DNA of 64,000 nt from Thermodesulfobacteriota bacterium (GTDB lineage Bacteria > Desulfobacterota_D > UBA1144 > Nemesobacterales > Mycalebacteriaceae). The DNA is taken from contig OZ242184.1 of the NCBI GenBank assembly GCA_965205855.1, positions 1,120,001-1,184,000 on the forward strand, in the 5' to 3' direction. The notes beneath the pieces are model-generated. The model saw only the letters and a program-made list of their open reading frames with translations. It made no database searches and had not been told where the DNA came from. A program made the position numbers and the translations under genes. How positions within the stretch are numbered: position 1 is the stretch's first letter; each line of letters begins with the position of its first letter. This document shows positions 9,790 through 19,259 of the stretch, piece after piece.

Positions 9790-10272
9790 ATGCCTTTGTT
9801 TGAATACGAATGCGTGCCTTGCAGAAGCACCGTTGAAAAAGCGATCGGGAAGATAATGGACGACCCGGCAAAGAAGTCGGTATCTTCGGTCGTAAAGAGC
9901 AACGACACTGTTAACAGCGTTCAAGTAATAGACCTGAAAAAAGGGAAAGTGGAAACCGAAGCCGGAAAGCCGGGAAAAAACGGACAGGACATTGTTCGTT
10001 ACTCCGATGACGGCTCAAAAATGTTTTGGATAAACACTGTGGTCTTCCGCTTCGCGGAACTGATATATGAAAGCGGTGATGAAAAAAAGGTTAAATGTCC
10101 TTCCTGTAATTCAAAGAAAGCGGAGAAAATTGTGTCATCATTCTCTTTTACAAGCGACCTTTCAACTGATATGCCAAAACCCGATCTCAGCAACTTGCCG
10201 CCGGAAGTCCAAAGCAAATTTCAACTGAAAGGCTACATAGAGGAAAAAGACAGACCAAAGAAAAACAGATAG
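9790..10272 (+). CDS. FmdB-type zinc-ribbon protein with large inserted domain (paralog 2)
   Basis: MPLFEYECVPC ... FAEL...CPSCNSKKAEKIVSSF; 91 aa between Cys11 and Cys103. Confidence 0.8.
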   Translation: MPLFEYECVPCRSTVEKAIGKIMDDPAKKSVSSVVKSNDTVNSVQVIDLKKGKVETEAGKPGKNGQDIVRYSDDGSKMFWINTVVFRFAELIYESGDEKKVKCPSCNSKKAEKIVSSFSFTSDLSTDMPKPDLSNLPPEVQSKFQLKGYIEEKDRPKKNR

Positions 10273-10310
10273 GAGACAGAAAAAAATCCTGAAATTGTCA
10301 GGCTCAATTG

Positions 10311-10339
10311 TTGTCTACAACCAAAATCTGTATTAAGAT
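10311..10339 (+). promoter_or_regulatory. Putative sigma70 promoter of sucAB
   Basis: TTGTCT (10311-10316), 17 nt, TAAGAT (10334-10339). Confidence 0.5.
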
Positions 10340-10374
10340 TGCTTGGCTTTCAAAAAGTGAGAATCGCCACTTCA

Positions 10375-13260
10375 ATGGTTCAGGAAAGTAAAATTTCAAT
10401 GATGCTGGAAGACCTTTTCCACGGCCCCAACTCGGCTGTCGTAGTGGAGTTGCACAACCGCTATATGGAAGACCGTGGGTCCGTTGACCCAGAAGTGCGC
10501 GCGCTCTTTGATGTGTGGAGCCCGTCGGAAAACGGATTGTCCGGAAAAGAAAGTGAAACCTTCAACGATTCCTCAACCGTTGTGGTTGACGCATACGGGA
10601 ACCCCGTGAGCACGGTGGGGGCGGCAAACCTTGCTCTGGCAATACGACTGAACGGTCATCTTGAAAGCATGATAGATCCCCTTGGAAGTCCTCCTCCCGG
10701 AGATGACCTTTTGAAAACTGAATCTCACGGACTGACTGAAAAAGACCTTGAAACGCTTCCACCGTCGCTAATCAGAAGCCCTATTACAAAGAATTGCAAG
10801 AACATTGCGGAAGTTCTGGACAAACTCAGGAAAGTGTATTCATCCTTTTCTGGCTACGATTTTCAACATATCTACTACTCAAACGAAAGGTTATGGATGA
10901 TAAACGCCGCAGAGTCGGGAAAGTTCAGATCACCGAACCAACCTATTGACCTCAAACTGATTCTGGAGCAATTGAGCAAGGTGGAAGCGCTTGAAAGGTT
11001 TCTGCACAAGATTTTTCCGGGCAAATTCCGTTTTTCCATTGAGGGAGTGGACATGCTTGTGCCAATGCTCAACGAGCTTACGTTCCTCTGCTCATACTCG
11101 GGCATCTATCATATAATGCTCGGAATGGCTCACAGAGGGCGTCTTAATGTGATGCACAATGTGATGGACAAGCCCTTTGAACATTTATTGACAACCTTCA
11201 AAGACCCTGTTTATGAAAGGGATTTCAGCGATGACATGGGCTGGACGGGCGATGTCAAATATCATGAAGGAGCAAAAAAACCAATAAAGTTGAATGGAGC
11301 AGGAACCGACTCGGAAGGAATACTGGAAATATTTCTGGCTCCCAACCCAAGCCACCTTGAATCGGTTAATCCCGTAATACAGGGGATGGCGCGCGGAGCA
11401 GGAACCAAGTCTTTGTCACCCGGAACTCCGACATTTGACCGGATGTATTCGCTACCCGTAATTGTCCACGGAGACGCAGCGTTTCCGGGACAGGGAATAA
11501 ACGCCGAAACAATTAACCTGTCTTTAATACCCGGATACGACACGGGAGGAACCCTTCACATAATAACCAACAACCAAATCGGCTACACAACCAATCCCAT
11601 GGAAAGCAGAAGCACTCTCTATTCAAGCGACCTTGTAAAAGGCTTTGAGGTGCCGATAATCCATGTCAACGCCGATGAGCCCGAAGCCTGCATAGAGGCG
11701 ATAAGAATAGCCTTCGCTTATATAAGTAAGTTTAACAAAGACTTTCTGATAGACCTTGTAGGTTACCGCCGCCACGGACATAATGAGGGAGACGAGCCCG
11801 CATTCACTCAGCCGCTTCTCTATGAGAAAATTAAAAACCACCCGACCGCAAGAGAAAAACTCGCCGAAGACTGTGTGAACAGGGGCATTATGGAAAAAAC
11901 GGCGGCGGACGAGCTGTTCGCAAAGCATAACGAAGTATTGGCAAAGGTTTTTGAAACTTTTTCAAAAAAAACCGAAGGTTTTGAAGACAATTCCGCTGTC
12001 CCGAAACCGAGGACGGCGACAAAGGCAAAAACTGCGGTCGTAGCGGCAAGACTGAAAGAGATACACAGATCCCTTCTTGAACTTCCGGACGGTTTTTCCG
12101 TTAACTACAAAATAGAGAAAATTCGCGAGAAAAAACGCGCCTCCCTGAAAGACATGAAAACTCATTCCATAGACTGGGCTGTTGGAGAAGAGCTCTGTTA
12201 CGCTTCAATCCTTGCGGACGGAACTCCCATAAGACTTACGGGCCAAGACTGCCAAAGGGGCACTTTCAGCCACAGGCACGCCGTGTTGCATGACATGAAT
12301 TCCGAAGAAAAATACGTGCCCCTTCAAAGCATTCCACAGGCGAAAGCGGGTTTTGAGATTATCAACAGCCCTCTGACTGAAAATGCGTGCATAGGTTTTG
12401 AATACGGATACAGCATACAGAGACCCGACACACTCGTAATCTGGGAGGCACAATACGGAGACTTCATAAACGGAGCGCAGCCACTGATAGACGAATACCT
12501 GGTCTCGGCGAGGTCCAAATGGGGACAGTACTGTTCCCTTGTATTGCTGTTGCCTCACGCCTACGAAGGTCAGGGTCCCGACCATTCCAGCGGACGGCTT
12601 GAAAGATTTCTCAATATGGCGGCGAAGAAGAACATCAGGGTGGTAAACTGCACGCGCTCGGCACAGTTTTTCCATGTTATAAGAAGACAGGCTGCGGTTC
12701 TGGAAACCGACCCGCTTCCACTTATCGTGATGACCCCGAAAAGTCTGCTCAGAAATCCGCTTGTTTCATCGTCTCTGAGAGAATTTTCCACGGGAGGTTT
12801 TATGCCGGTGATAGACGACCCCGTAAATGACAGGGATGCGGGCAAAGTCCACAGGGTAATTCTCTGCAGCGGCAAAGTGGCGATAGACCTTGAGATGTCA
12901 GAGTCCAGAAAAAAACATCCCGAAGTGGCGGTAATCAGAGTTGAGCAACTTTACTATCCGCCGGTCGATGAGATGGAATCCGCGATAGACAGATACGGCG
13001 GTGCGAAGGAGATAGTCTGGCTTCAGGAGGAGCCCCTGAACATGGGAGCATGGGGATTTATGAATTCTATTCTGCGCCGAATCGCGCGGGCGAAAAACCT
13101 TCCTCTTTCCCTCATAGCAAGAAAACGCAACTCAAGCCCCGCGGAAGGCTTTATGTCAATGCATAAAGTTAACCAATCTATTCTCATCAAGCAGGCTTTC
13201 AGCGCACTTGCTGTGGATAAAATTGAAAAAAGCGGCGTGATAATGGAAACGGATGTTTAA
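10375..13260 (+). CDS. sucA: 2-oxoglutarate dehydrogenase E1
   Basis: GMAHRGRLN, GDVKYH, NPSHLE, HGDAAF.GQG, WEAQYGDF, GPDHSSGRLERFL; exact start uncertain (ATG 10375 chosen, downstream of the promoter). Confidence 0.96.
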   Translation: MVQESKISMMLEDLFHGPNSAVVVELHNRYMEDRGSVDPEVRALFDVWSPSENGLSGKESETFNDSSTVVVDAYGNPVSTVGAANLALAIRLNGHLESMIDPLGSPPPGDDLLKTESHGLTEKDLETLPPSLIRSPITKNCKNIAEVLDKLRKVYSSFSGYDFQHIYYSNERLWMINAAESGKFRSPNQPIDLKLILEQLSKVEALERFLHKIFPGKFRFSIEGVDMLVPMLNELTFLCSYSGIYHIMLGMAHRGRLNVMHNVMDKPFEHLLTTFKDPVYERDFSDDMGWTGDVKYHEGAKKPIKLNGAGTDSEGILEIFLAPNPSHLESVNPVIQGMARGAGTKSLSPGTPTFDRMYSLPVIVHGDAAFPGQGINAETINLSLIPGYDTGGTLHIITNNQIGYTTNPMESRSTLYSSDLVKGFEVPIIHVNADEPEACIEAIRIAFAYISKFNKDFLIDLVGYRRHGHNEGDEPAFTQPLLYEKIKNHPTAREKLAEDCVNRGIMEKTAADELFAKHNEVLAKVFETFSKKTEGFEDNSAVPKPRTATKAKTAVVAARLKEIHRSLLELPDGFSVNYKIEKIREKKRASLKDMKTHSIDWAVGEELCYASILADGTPIRLTGQDCQRGTFSHRHAVLHDMNSEEKYVPLQSIPQAKAGFEIINSPLTENACIGFEYGYSIQRPDTLVIWEAQYGDFINGAQPLIDEYLVSARSKWGQYCSLVLLLPHAYEGQGPDHSSGRLERFLNMAAKKNIRVVNCTRSAQFFHVIRRQAAVLETDPLPLIVMTPKSLLRNPLVSSSLREFSTGGFMPVIDDPVNDRDAGKVHRVILCSGKVAIDLEMSESRKKHPEVAVIRVEQLYYPPVDEMESAIDRYGGAKEIVWLQEEPLNMGAWGFMNSILRRIARAKNLPLSLIARKRNSSPAEGFMSMHKVNQSILIKQAFSALAVDKIEKSGVIMETDV

Positions 13261-13284
13261 AAAGAAAAAAAGACGGAGGACAAA

Positions 13285-14517
13285 ATGGCAACATCAATAT
13301 TAGTGCCCGAACTCGGCGACTCGGTTATTGAGGCGACGGTTGTAAAATGGCTCAAACAGGAAGGAGACCCTGTCAACACGGGAGAAACCATAGTTGAACT
13401 TGAGACAGAAAAGGCGAATTTTGAAGTTCCCGCCATAACAAGCGGAGTGATCGCCGAGATTAGCAAACAAGAGGGAGACGAAGTGAAAGTGGGAGACCCC
13501 CTTGGCGCGATAGATGAATCCGCGAAAACTGAACCGGTCGCCGTATCGGAAAAAGAAGACACTCCCTCGGAGAGAGAAACGGCAAAGCCTGAGAAAACAG
13601 CGCCTCCAAAAGCGAAGACCGGGGAGCGCTCAACCCCGGTTGCGAGAAATATTGCTCGCAATAAAAACATAGACCTGTCATCGGTCAATCCAAGCGGTGA
13701 AGGTGGACGCATAATGAAAACTGATGTTGAAGAAGTCGCGCACAAGGCGGCACCGACGACTCCCGCAAAAGAACCCGATATTGAAAGCGGTATTTTCCCA
13801 TCGCTTTCCGCATTGCACCGCAGAGATAAAAGGGTAAAGATGACCCCGCGCCGCAAAACCATAGCGCGGCGCTTGCTTCAAGCTCAGCGCGACGCCGCGA
13901 TTCTCTCCACTTTCAACGAAGTAGACATGGGAGCCGTTATGGACCTTCGCAAAAGACGCAAAGACAACTTCAAGGAGAAATACGGAGTGTCGCTCGGAAT
14001 GTCGTCATTCTTCATCAAAGCCTCGGTTGGAGCTCTTAAAGCTTTTCCGCAGGTCAATTCCGAAATTCAGAAAGACGAGATTATCTACAAGCACTTTTAC
14101 GACATAGGAGTGGCGATAGGAGCCTCAAGCGGATTGGTTGTGCCGGTAATACGCGAGGCGGATAAAAAGAGTTTTGCCGAGATTGAAAAAGAAGTCAGAG
14201 ATTTCGCCGTAAAAGCCGAAGAAGGAAAATTGAAAATCGATGAGATTATCGGAGGAACTTTTTCCATAACCAACGGCGGTGTTTTCGGCTCCCTGCTGAG
14301 CACTCCGATACTGAACCCCCCACAGGTCGGAATACTCGGACTTCACGCTATTAAACAGAGACCGGTTGTCGTGGACGGAGAAATTGCCATACGTCCCATA
14401 ATGCTTGTCGCTCTCAGTTACGACCACAGAGTTGTGGACGGAAGGGAAGCGGTTCAGTTTCTTGTCAAGCTCAAGGAGCTTGTGGAAGACCCGGAATCCC
14501 TTCTCGTGGAAGGATAA
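13285..14517 (+). CDS. sucB: Dihydrolipoamide succinyltransferase E2
   Basis: Lipoyl domain ELETEKA, E3-binding domain, SYDHRVVDG. Confidence 0.96.
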   Translation: MATSILVPELGDSVIEATVVKWLKQEGDPVNTGETIVELETEKANFEVPAITSGVIAEISKQEGDEVKVGDPLGAIDESAKTEPVAVSEKEDTPSERETAKPEKTAPPKAKTGERSTPVARNIARNKNIDLSSVNPSGEGGRIMKTDVEEVAHKAAPTTPAKEPDIESGIFPSLSALHRRDKRVKMTPRRKTIARRLLQAQRDAAILSTFNEVDMGAVMDLRKRRKDNFKEKYGVSLGMSSFFIKASVGALKAFPQVNSEIQKDEIIYKHFYDIGVAIGASSGLVVPVIREADKKSFAEIEKEVRDFAVKAEEGKLKIDEIIGGTFSITNGGVFGSLLSTPILNPPQVGILGLHAIKQRPVVVDGEIAIRPIMLVALSYDHRVVDGREAVQFLVKLKELVEDPESLLVEG

Positions 14518-14530
14518 AAAACGCGGATTA

Positions 14531-16918
14531 TCAATTGCCGCCGGAAAAACGGCTTAGAATCCCAAGAGCCAGCTTTTTGAGTTCGGGATAATTTTTCAAC
14601 TCCGGATCGTTGCTGACAATTTTGTCCGCACTTTTACGCGCCTCCGAAAGAGCACCGGTATCCATCACAAGGTCGGCAAAGTGAAAGTCCGGAATTCCGG
14701 ACTGCTTAGTGCCAATAAACTCACCGGGCCCCCTCATTGCCAAATCCTTTTCAGCAATGGAAAAACCGTCCGAGCTTTTACTCAAGATTTCCAGTCTTTG
14801 CTCTCCTTCGGAAGAAATTCCCACTGATTTCAAAAGAATACACACAGACTTGCCGGTTCCGCGCCCCACCCTGCCTCTCAACTGATGAAGCTGCGAGAGT
14901 CCGAATCTATCAGCGTTTTCAACCGCTACCAAAGTCGCGTTCGGAACATCAATTCCAACCTCAACAACCGTTGTGGAAACAAGAACATCCGTCTCTCCGC
15001 GGGAAAAAGCGTCCATAATTGAATTTTTTTCTTCCGCCACCATCCTTCCGTGCAGAACCGATACCCGCGCGCCGGGAATATCTTTTCTCAAGACTTGTGC
15101 CGTTTCGGAAACTCGCGCGATGTCACCGGTTTTCGTGTCACCCGTGTCTTCCATGTTGTCGGACTCCCGGTCTATAAGCGGACAGACAATATAACACTGC
15201 CTGCCCGCTTCTATTTCCGCGTTCATTCTTTTAATCATTTTCTCTCTGTCGCGGGAGGAACTTCCAAGAAGCAGGGTTTCAATTTTTTTTCTTCCGCGCG
15301 GGAGGCTGCCAATCAACGCGACTTCCAAATCTCCGTAAACAGTCATGGCAAGAGAGCGGGGAATCGGAGTCGCGGTCATAACAAGTATGTCGGGAAAAAA
15401 ACCTTTGGCTCTCAGTTTCTCCCTCTGGGCAACTCCGAATTTATGTTGTTCGTCAACTACTGCGAGGCCGAGACGCTTGAATTTGACCCTGTCATACAGG
15501 AGCGCGTGCGTTCCGACCACAATTCCTGCTTCTCCGTTCGCAACACCTTCAAGACTTGCACCGGAGTCTCCTCCTTTCAGCATGACCATCTTTACCCCCA
15601 GCGCGGCGGCGTACGGTGATATAAACTTCGCATGTTGTTCGGCAAGAATCTGTGTCGGTGCCATTAAAACCGTCTGATATCCGGAATCAAGAGCCTTCAT
15701 CATCGCCTGAAGAGCCACCACCGTTTTTCCGCTTCCCACATCACCCTGAAGAAGCATATTCATCGAGGTTGGGCTTTCCATACGCTCGCGTATAAGGGAG
15801 AAAGCTTCGTTTTGAGCGCCTGTAAGCCTGAAGGGGAGTTCGCTTAAAAAACGGCGCGACAGCTCCCCTTCGGGTTTGAACGCCAACCCTCCGGATTTTT
15901 CACGATTGCGTTTACTGATTTCTATCGCAATTCTCAGAAGAAAAAACTCAAAAAAAGCCACAGTTCTCGGAGCGGGAAGCTCCCTGTCGCGTCCGCCCGC
16001 CTCCCACGCCCTTTGTGAAAAATCCGAGCATCTGTCCATAGTCACGGGAAAGTGCATCTCTTTTACCGCACCCGGGAGGGAAATAAGCCCGGGCGCGCAT
16101 CCTTCGGGCAAAATCCCGTCAAGCAAGGACGAATGTTCGGCGACATTTTTCATAATCCCCCTCAGGCGTCTTTGGCTAAGCCCGTCGGTCAATGCATAGA
16201 CAGGCACAATACGGTTGATATGTGGGCTGTTTTTTGCTTCATCCGCTTTGTCAAGAACTTCAACCCCGTCAGCCGCCGGATGTACGATCTGCAAATTCCG
16301 GCGGCGCGAATCCTCTCCTATGTCGCCGCTAACCAGTACCAGTTTTCCCTTCTTGTATTTGTTCCTCATATATCTTTCATCAAAATGAAACCACACAAGG
16401 TCAAGAGTCGTGTCTTTTTCCTTCAAAACAACTCTAAACTGCGCGCTGGCGCCGCGCCGTGTCCTCCCGGCATACTCCACCCTGCCGGACACGGTCTGCC
16501 ACCTGTTCGGCACGGCGGAGGAGACACCCATGATGTTTCTCCTGTCTTCATAACGGAAAGGAAAATAAAACAGCGCGTCCCAGACTGTGTAAACATTCTT
16601 TTTTGCCAGAAAGGAGGAAAGCGAAGAGCCCACTCCGGCAACTGTGTCAACCGAATCGGAAAGAGCCTTCGGCCGCGACCCCGGCTTTGTTGAAACGGTA
16701 TTGTGAAAATGAGATGCGACCGCGCTTATCCTGTCCGCACAGGTTCGCAAAACTTCCATTTTCTCCGAACCGGAAAGTGTGTCAAAACCCTGAAACAAAA
16801 CCCTGACGGATTTCAATTCCTCCGAAATATCTCCGGGAGGAGCTGTGGAAAGAATCTTGCGGAAAACAGAGTCCACGTTGCCTTCAAAACCGCTTGAAAA
16901 CCTCGCAAGGTAAGGCAT
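14531..16918 (-). CDS. recG: ATP-dependent DNA helicase RecG
   Basis: LQGDVGSGKT, DEQHKFG, MTATPIPR, QLHQLRGRVGRG, RGPGEF.G; start uncertain (ATG 16918, or slightly upstream near the topA end). Confidence 0.95.
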   Translation of the reverse strand: MPYLARFSSGFEGNVDSVFRKILSTAPPGDISEELKSVRVLFQGFDTLSGSEKMEVLRTCADRISAVASHFHNTVSTKPGSRPKALSDSVDTVAGVGSSLSSFLAKKNVYTVWDALFYFPFRYEDRRNIMGVSSAVPNRWQTVSGRVEYAGRTRRGASAQFRVVLKEKDTTLDLVWFHFDERYMRNKYKKGKLVLVSGDIGEDSRRRNLQIVHPAADGVEVLDKADEAKNSPHINRIVPVYALTDGLSQRRLRGIMKNVAEHSSLLDGILPEGCAPGLISLPGAVKEMHFPVTMDRCSDFSQRAWEAGGRDRELPAPRTVAFFEFFLLRIAIEISKRNREKSGGLAFKPEGELSRRFLSELPFRLTGAQNEAFSLIRERMESPTSMNMLLQGDVGSGKTVVALQAMMKALDSGYQTVLMAPTQILAEQHAKFISPYAAALGVKMVMLKGGDSGASLEGVANGEAGIVVGTHALLYDRVKFKRLGLAVVDEQHKFGVAQREKLRAKGFFPDILVMTATPIPRSLAMTVYGDLEVALIGSLPRGRKKIETLLLGSSSRDREKMIKRMNAEIEAGRQCYIVCPLIDRESDNMEDTGDTKTGDIARVSETAQVLRKDIPGARVSVLHGRMVAEEKNSIMDAFSRGETDVLVSTTVVEVGIDVPNATLVAVENADRFGLSQLHQLRGRVGRGTGKSVCILLKSVGISSEGEQRLEILSKSSDGFSIAEKDLAMRGPGEFIGTKQSGIPDFHFADLVMDTGALSEARKSADKIVSNDPELKNYPELKKLALGILSRFSGGN

Positions 16919-16985
16919 TCCGGCTTTCAGGGCGCTTGCAAGGCTTGACTCAAGGTTATTGAGAGCGCTGACAAAAACGCGCGAA

Positions 16986-19241
16986 TCAGCCGGATTCAGC
17001 TTTCCTTTTTGTACCTGTTTTTTTTCTGACAACGGGTTTAATCTCACCGTTTTCCAAACGCTCAAAATCAGAAGCGTTTCTACACTTGGGATAGCCCGAA
17101 CACGCAAGAAATTCCACGCCGTCCCGCCTTCTCTTCCTTATAAGCATTGGGTCGCCGCATTTGGCACAGTCGATACCGGCATCTTCGGGTTTCTCGGCTT
17201 GTTTGACCGTTATTTTATCTCCGTCCCTTTCAAAATCGGACGCGTTTTTACATTCGGGATAGCCCGAACACGCAAGAAATTCCGCGCCGTCCCGTCTTCT
17301 TTTTTTGATTACCATGGGCTTGTTGCAGGTTTCGCAAGCAATTCCCGTTTCTCCGGGCTCCTCGGACTTTATAACCAAAATCTTATCCCCGTCCCTTTCA
17401 AAATCGGACGCGTTTTTGCATTCGGGATAACTCGAGCAGGAAAGAAATTCCCCGCCTCCGCGCCGTCTGTTTTTGACCACCATGGGCCTGCCGCATTCGG
17501 CGCAGGCAATATCCGTTTCCTGAATCTGATTTGACGCTGTCTCCGCCGTCTCAATACGTTTTTTCAAACCCGATTCTTCGTCAAGATAAAAGTCCCGTAA
17601 CAACGCATCCCACGCTTCGCCTCCCTGTTCAACCCTGTCCAGTCTTTTCTCAACCTGTGCGGTAAATTTTTCATCCATTATGTCGGGAAAAGCCCTCACG
17701 AGGTAGTCGTTCACGGCACAACCCAACGGTGTGGGGAAAAGAGCTTTTTTATCTTTCCCGACATACTCTCTGTCCTGAATTGTGGAAAGAATGGAAGCGT
17801 AGGTTGACGGGCGTCCAATCCCCTTTTTCTCAAGTTCTTTGACAAGAGACGCCTCATTGTAGCGCGGAGGGGGTTTTGTAAAATGCTGAGAAGGAACGAC
17901 CTCCTCGCATTTGAGTTTTTCCCCCTCGCTGAGGCGCGGAAGCGTCGCCTCCTCATCCTCCGCTTTGCGTACCGGAGGTGAAACCGCTCTCCACCCCGCA
18001 AATACGTCAACCGTTCCAACGGCGCGAAAAACCGCCTTTCCGGCTTTTATCTCTGCCGTTGTTTTCTCATCAATCGCAGCGCTCATCTGGCAGACAGCAA
18101 ACCTTTTCCATATCAACTCATATAGGCGCGCCTGGTCTTTCTCAAGAAACTTTGCCATTTCTTGCGGGATTCTGGAAATTGAGGTAACCCTTATTGCCTC
18201 ATGCGCGTCCTGAGCGTCTTTTTTGACTTTCTGAACCGGAGGCTTTTCCGGAACAAATTCTCCGCCGTATTTCTGTGTCAGAAAACTCCTCGCTTCTTCA
18301 ACCGCCCTCGGGGAAAGGCGCACCGAATCGGTTCTCATATAGGTTATAAGTCCGACAGGCCCCTCGGAGCCAATTTCAACTCCCTCGTAAAGCCTCTGGG
18401 CAAGGTTCATTGTCTTCTTTACGGAAAAACCGAGTTTTGTTGACGCCTCGCGCTGGAGCGTGCTTGTTATAAAAGGCGCAGGCGGGTTTGATTTTACTTT
18501 TTTCTTTTCAATGGATGAAATATAAAACGGCTCGTTTTCCAACGCTTTGACAATCTCAAGTGCTTTCTCATTATTTGGAATTTCATTTTCCGAGCCGTCA
18601 AAACTGCGAAATTGAGCACTGAATGATTCACCTCCGGTCGTAAGCAGGTGCGCCTCTATCTTCCAGTATTCTGTCGGATTGAAGGCCTCAATTTCACGCT
18701 CCCGTTTTACGACAAAGCTTAGCGCGACGCTTTGAACCCTTCCCGCGCTGAGAGAACCCCCTATTTTTTTCCAGAGCAGAGGGCTTACCTTGTAGCCAAC
18801 AATTCTGTCCAGTATACGCCTTGCCTGTTGCGCTTCAAACTTTGCCTGATCAATCTCCGAGGCATTGTTGAAAGTTTCGAGAACACCTTCTTTTGTTATT
18901 TCCCTTATGAGAACCCGCTGCGCTTTTTCTCCGAGATTCAACTGCTGTGAGATATGCCATGCGATTGCCTCCCCCTCTCTGTCCGGGTCTGTTGCAAGAT
19001 AGACTCTATCCTTGCCTCTGGCGGACTTGCGCAGAGAGTCAAGAACTTTTCCCTTGCCCCTTATGACATCATAGTCGGGCTTAAATCCGTTTTCCAGATC
19101 AACACCGAGCCTGCCGTGGGTTTTATCGGAAAGGTCAACGACATGCCCCACAGACGCCTCCACATCATATTCCGCGCCGAGGTATCTTTTTATTGTCTTA
19201 GCCTTTGCAGGCGATTCCACTATTACAAGAGATTTAGCCAT
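16986..19241 (-). CDS. topA: DNA topoisomerase I with three C-terminal zinc ribbons
   Basis: VIVESPAKAK, DPDREGE, SAGRVQS, ITYMRTD, GIGRPSTY. Confidence 0.97.
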   Translation of the reverse strand: MAKSLVIVESPAKAKTIKRYLGAEYDVEASVGHVVDLSDKTHGRLGVDLENGFKPDYDVIRGKGKVLDSLRKSARGKDRVYLATDPDREGEAIAWHISQQLNLGEKAQRVLIREITKEGVLETFNNASEIDQAKFEAQQARRILDRIVGYKVSPLLWKKIGGSLSAGRVQSVALSFVVKREREIEAFNPTEYWKIEAHLLTTGGESFSAQFRSFDGSENEIPNNEKALEIVKALENEPFYISSIEKKKVKSNPPAPFITSTLQREASTKLGFSVKKTMNLAQRLYEGVEIGSEGPVGLITYMRTDSVRLSPRAVEEARSFLTQKYGGEFVPEKPPVQKVKKDAQDAHEAIRVTSISRIPQEMAKFLEKDQARLYELIWKRFAVCQMSAAIDEKTTAEIKAGKAVFRAVGTVDVFAGWRAVSPPVRKAEDEEATLPRLSEGEKLKCEEVVPSQHFTKPPPRYNEASLVKELEKKGIGRPSTYASILSTIQDREYVGKDKKALFPTPLGCAVNDYLVRAFPDIMDEKFTAQVEKRLDRVEQGGEAWDALLRDFYLDEESGLKKRIETAETASNQIQETDIACAECGRPMVVKNRRRGGGEFLSCSSYPECKNASDFERDGDKILVIKSEEPGETGIACETCNKPMVIKKRRRDGAEFLACSGYPECKNASDFERDGDKITVKQAEKPEDAGIDCAKCGDPMLIRKRRRDGVEFLACSGYPKCRNASDFERLENGEIKPVVRKKTGTKRKAESG
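17060..17515 (-). repeat. Three tandem 168-nt repeats encoding TopA zinc ribbons
   Basis: Identical 29-mers at 17221 and 17389, identical 28-mers at 17088 and 17256 (period 168 nt). Confidence 0.85.
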
Positions 19242-19259
19242 TGTCAGTCTCACATTATA

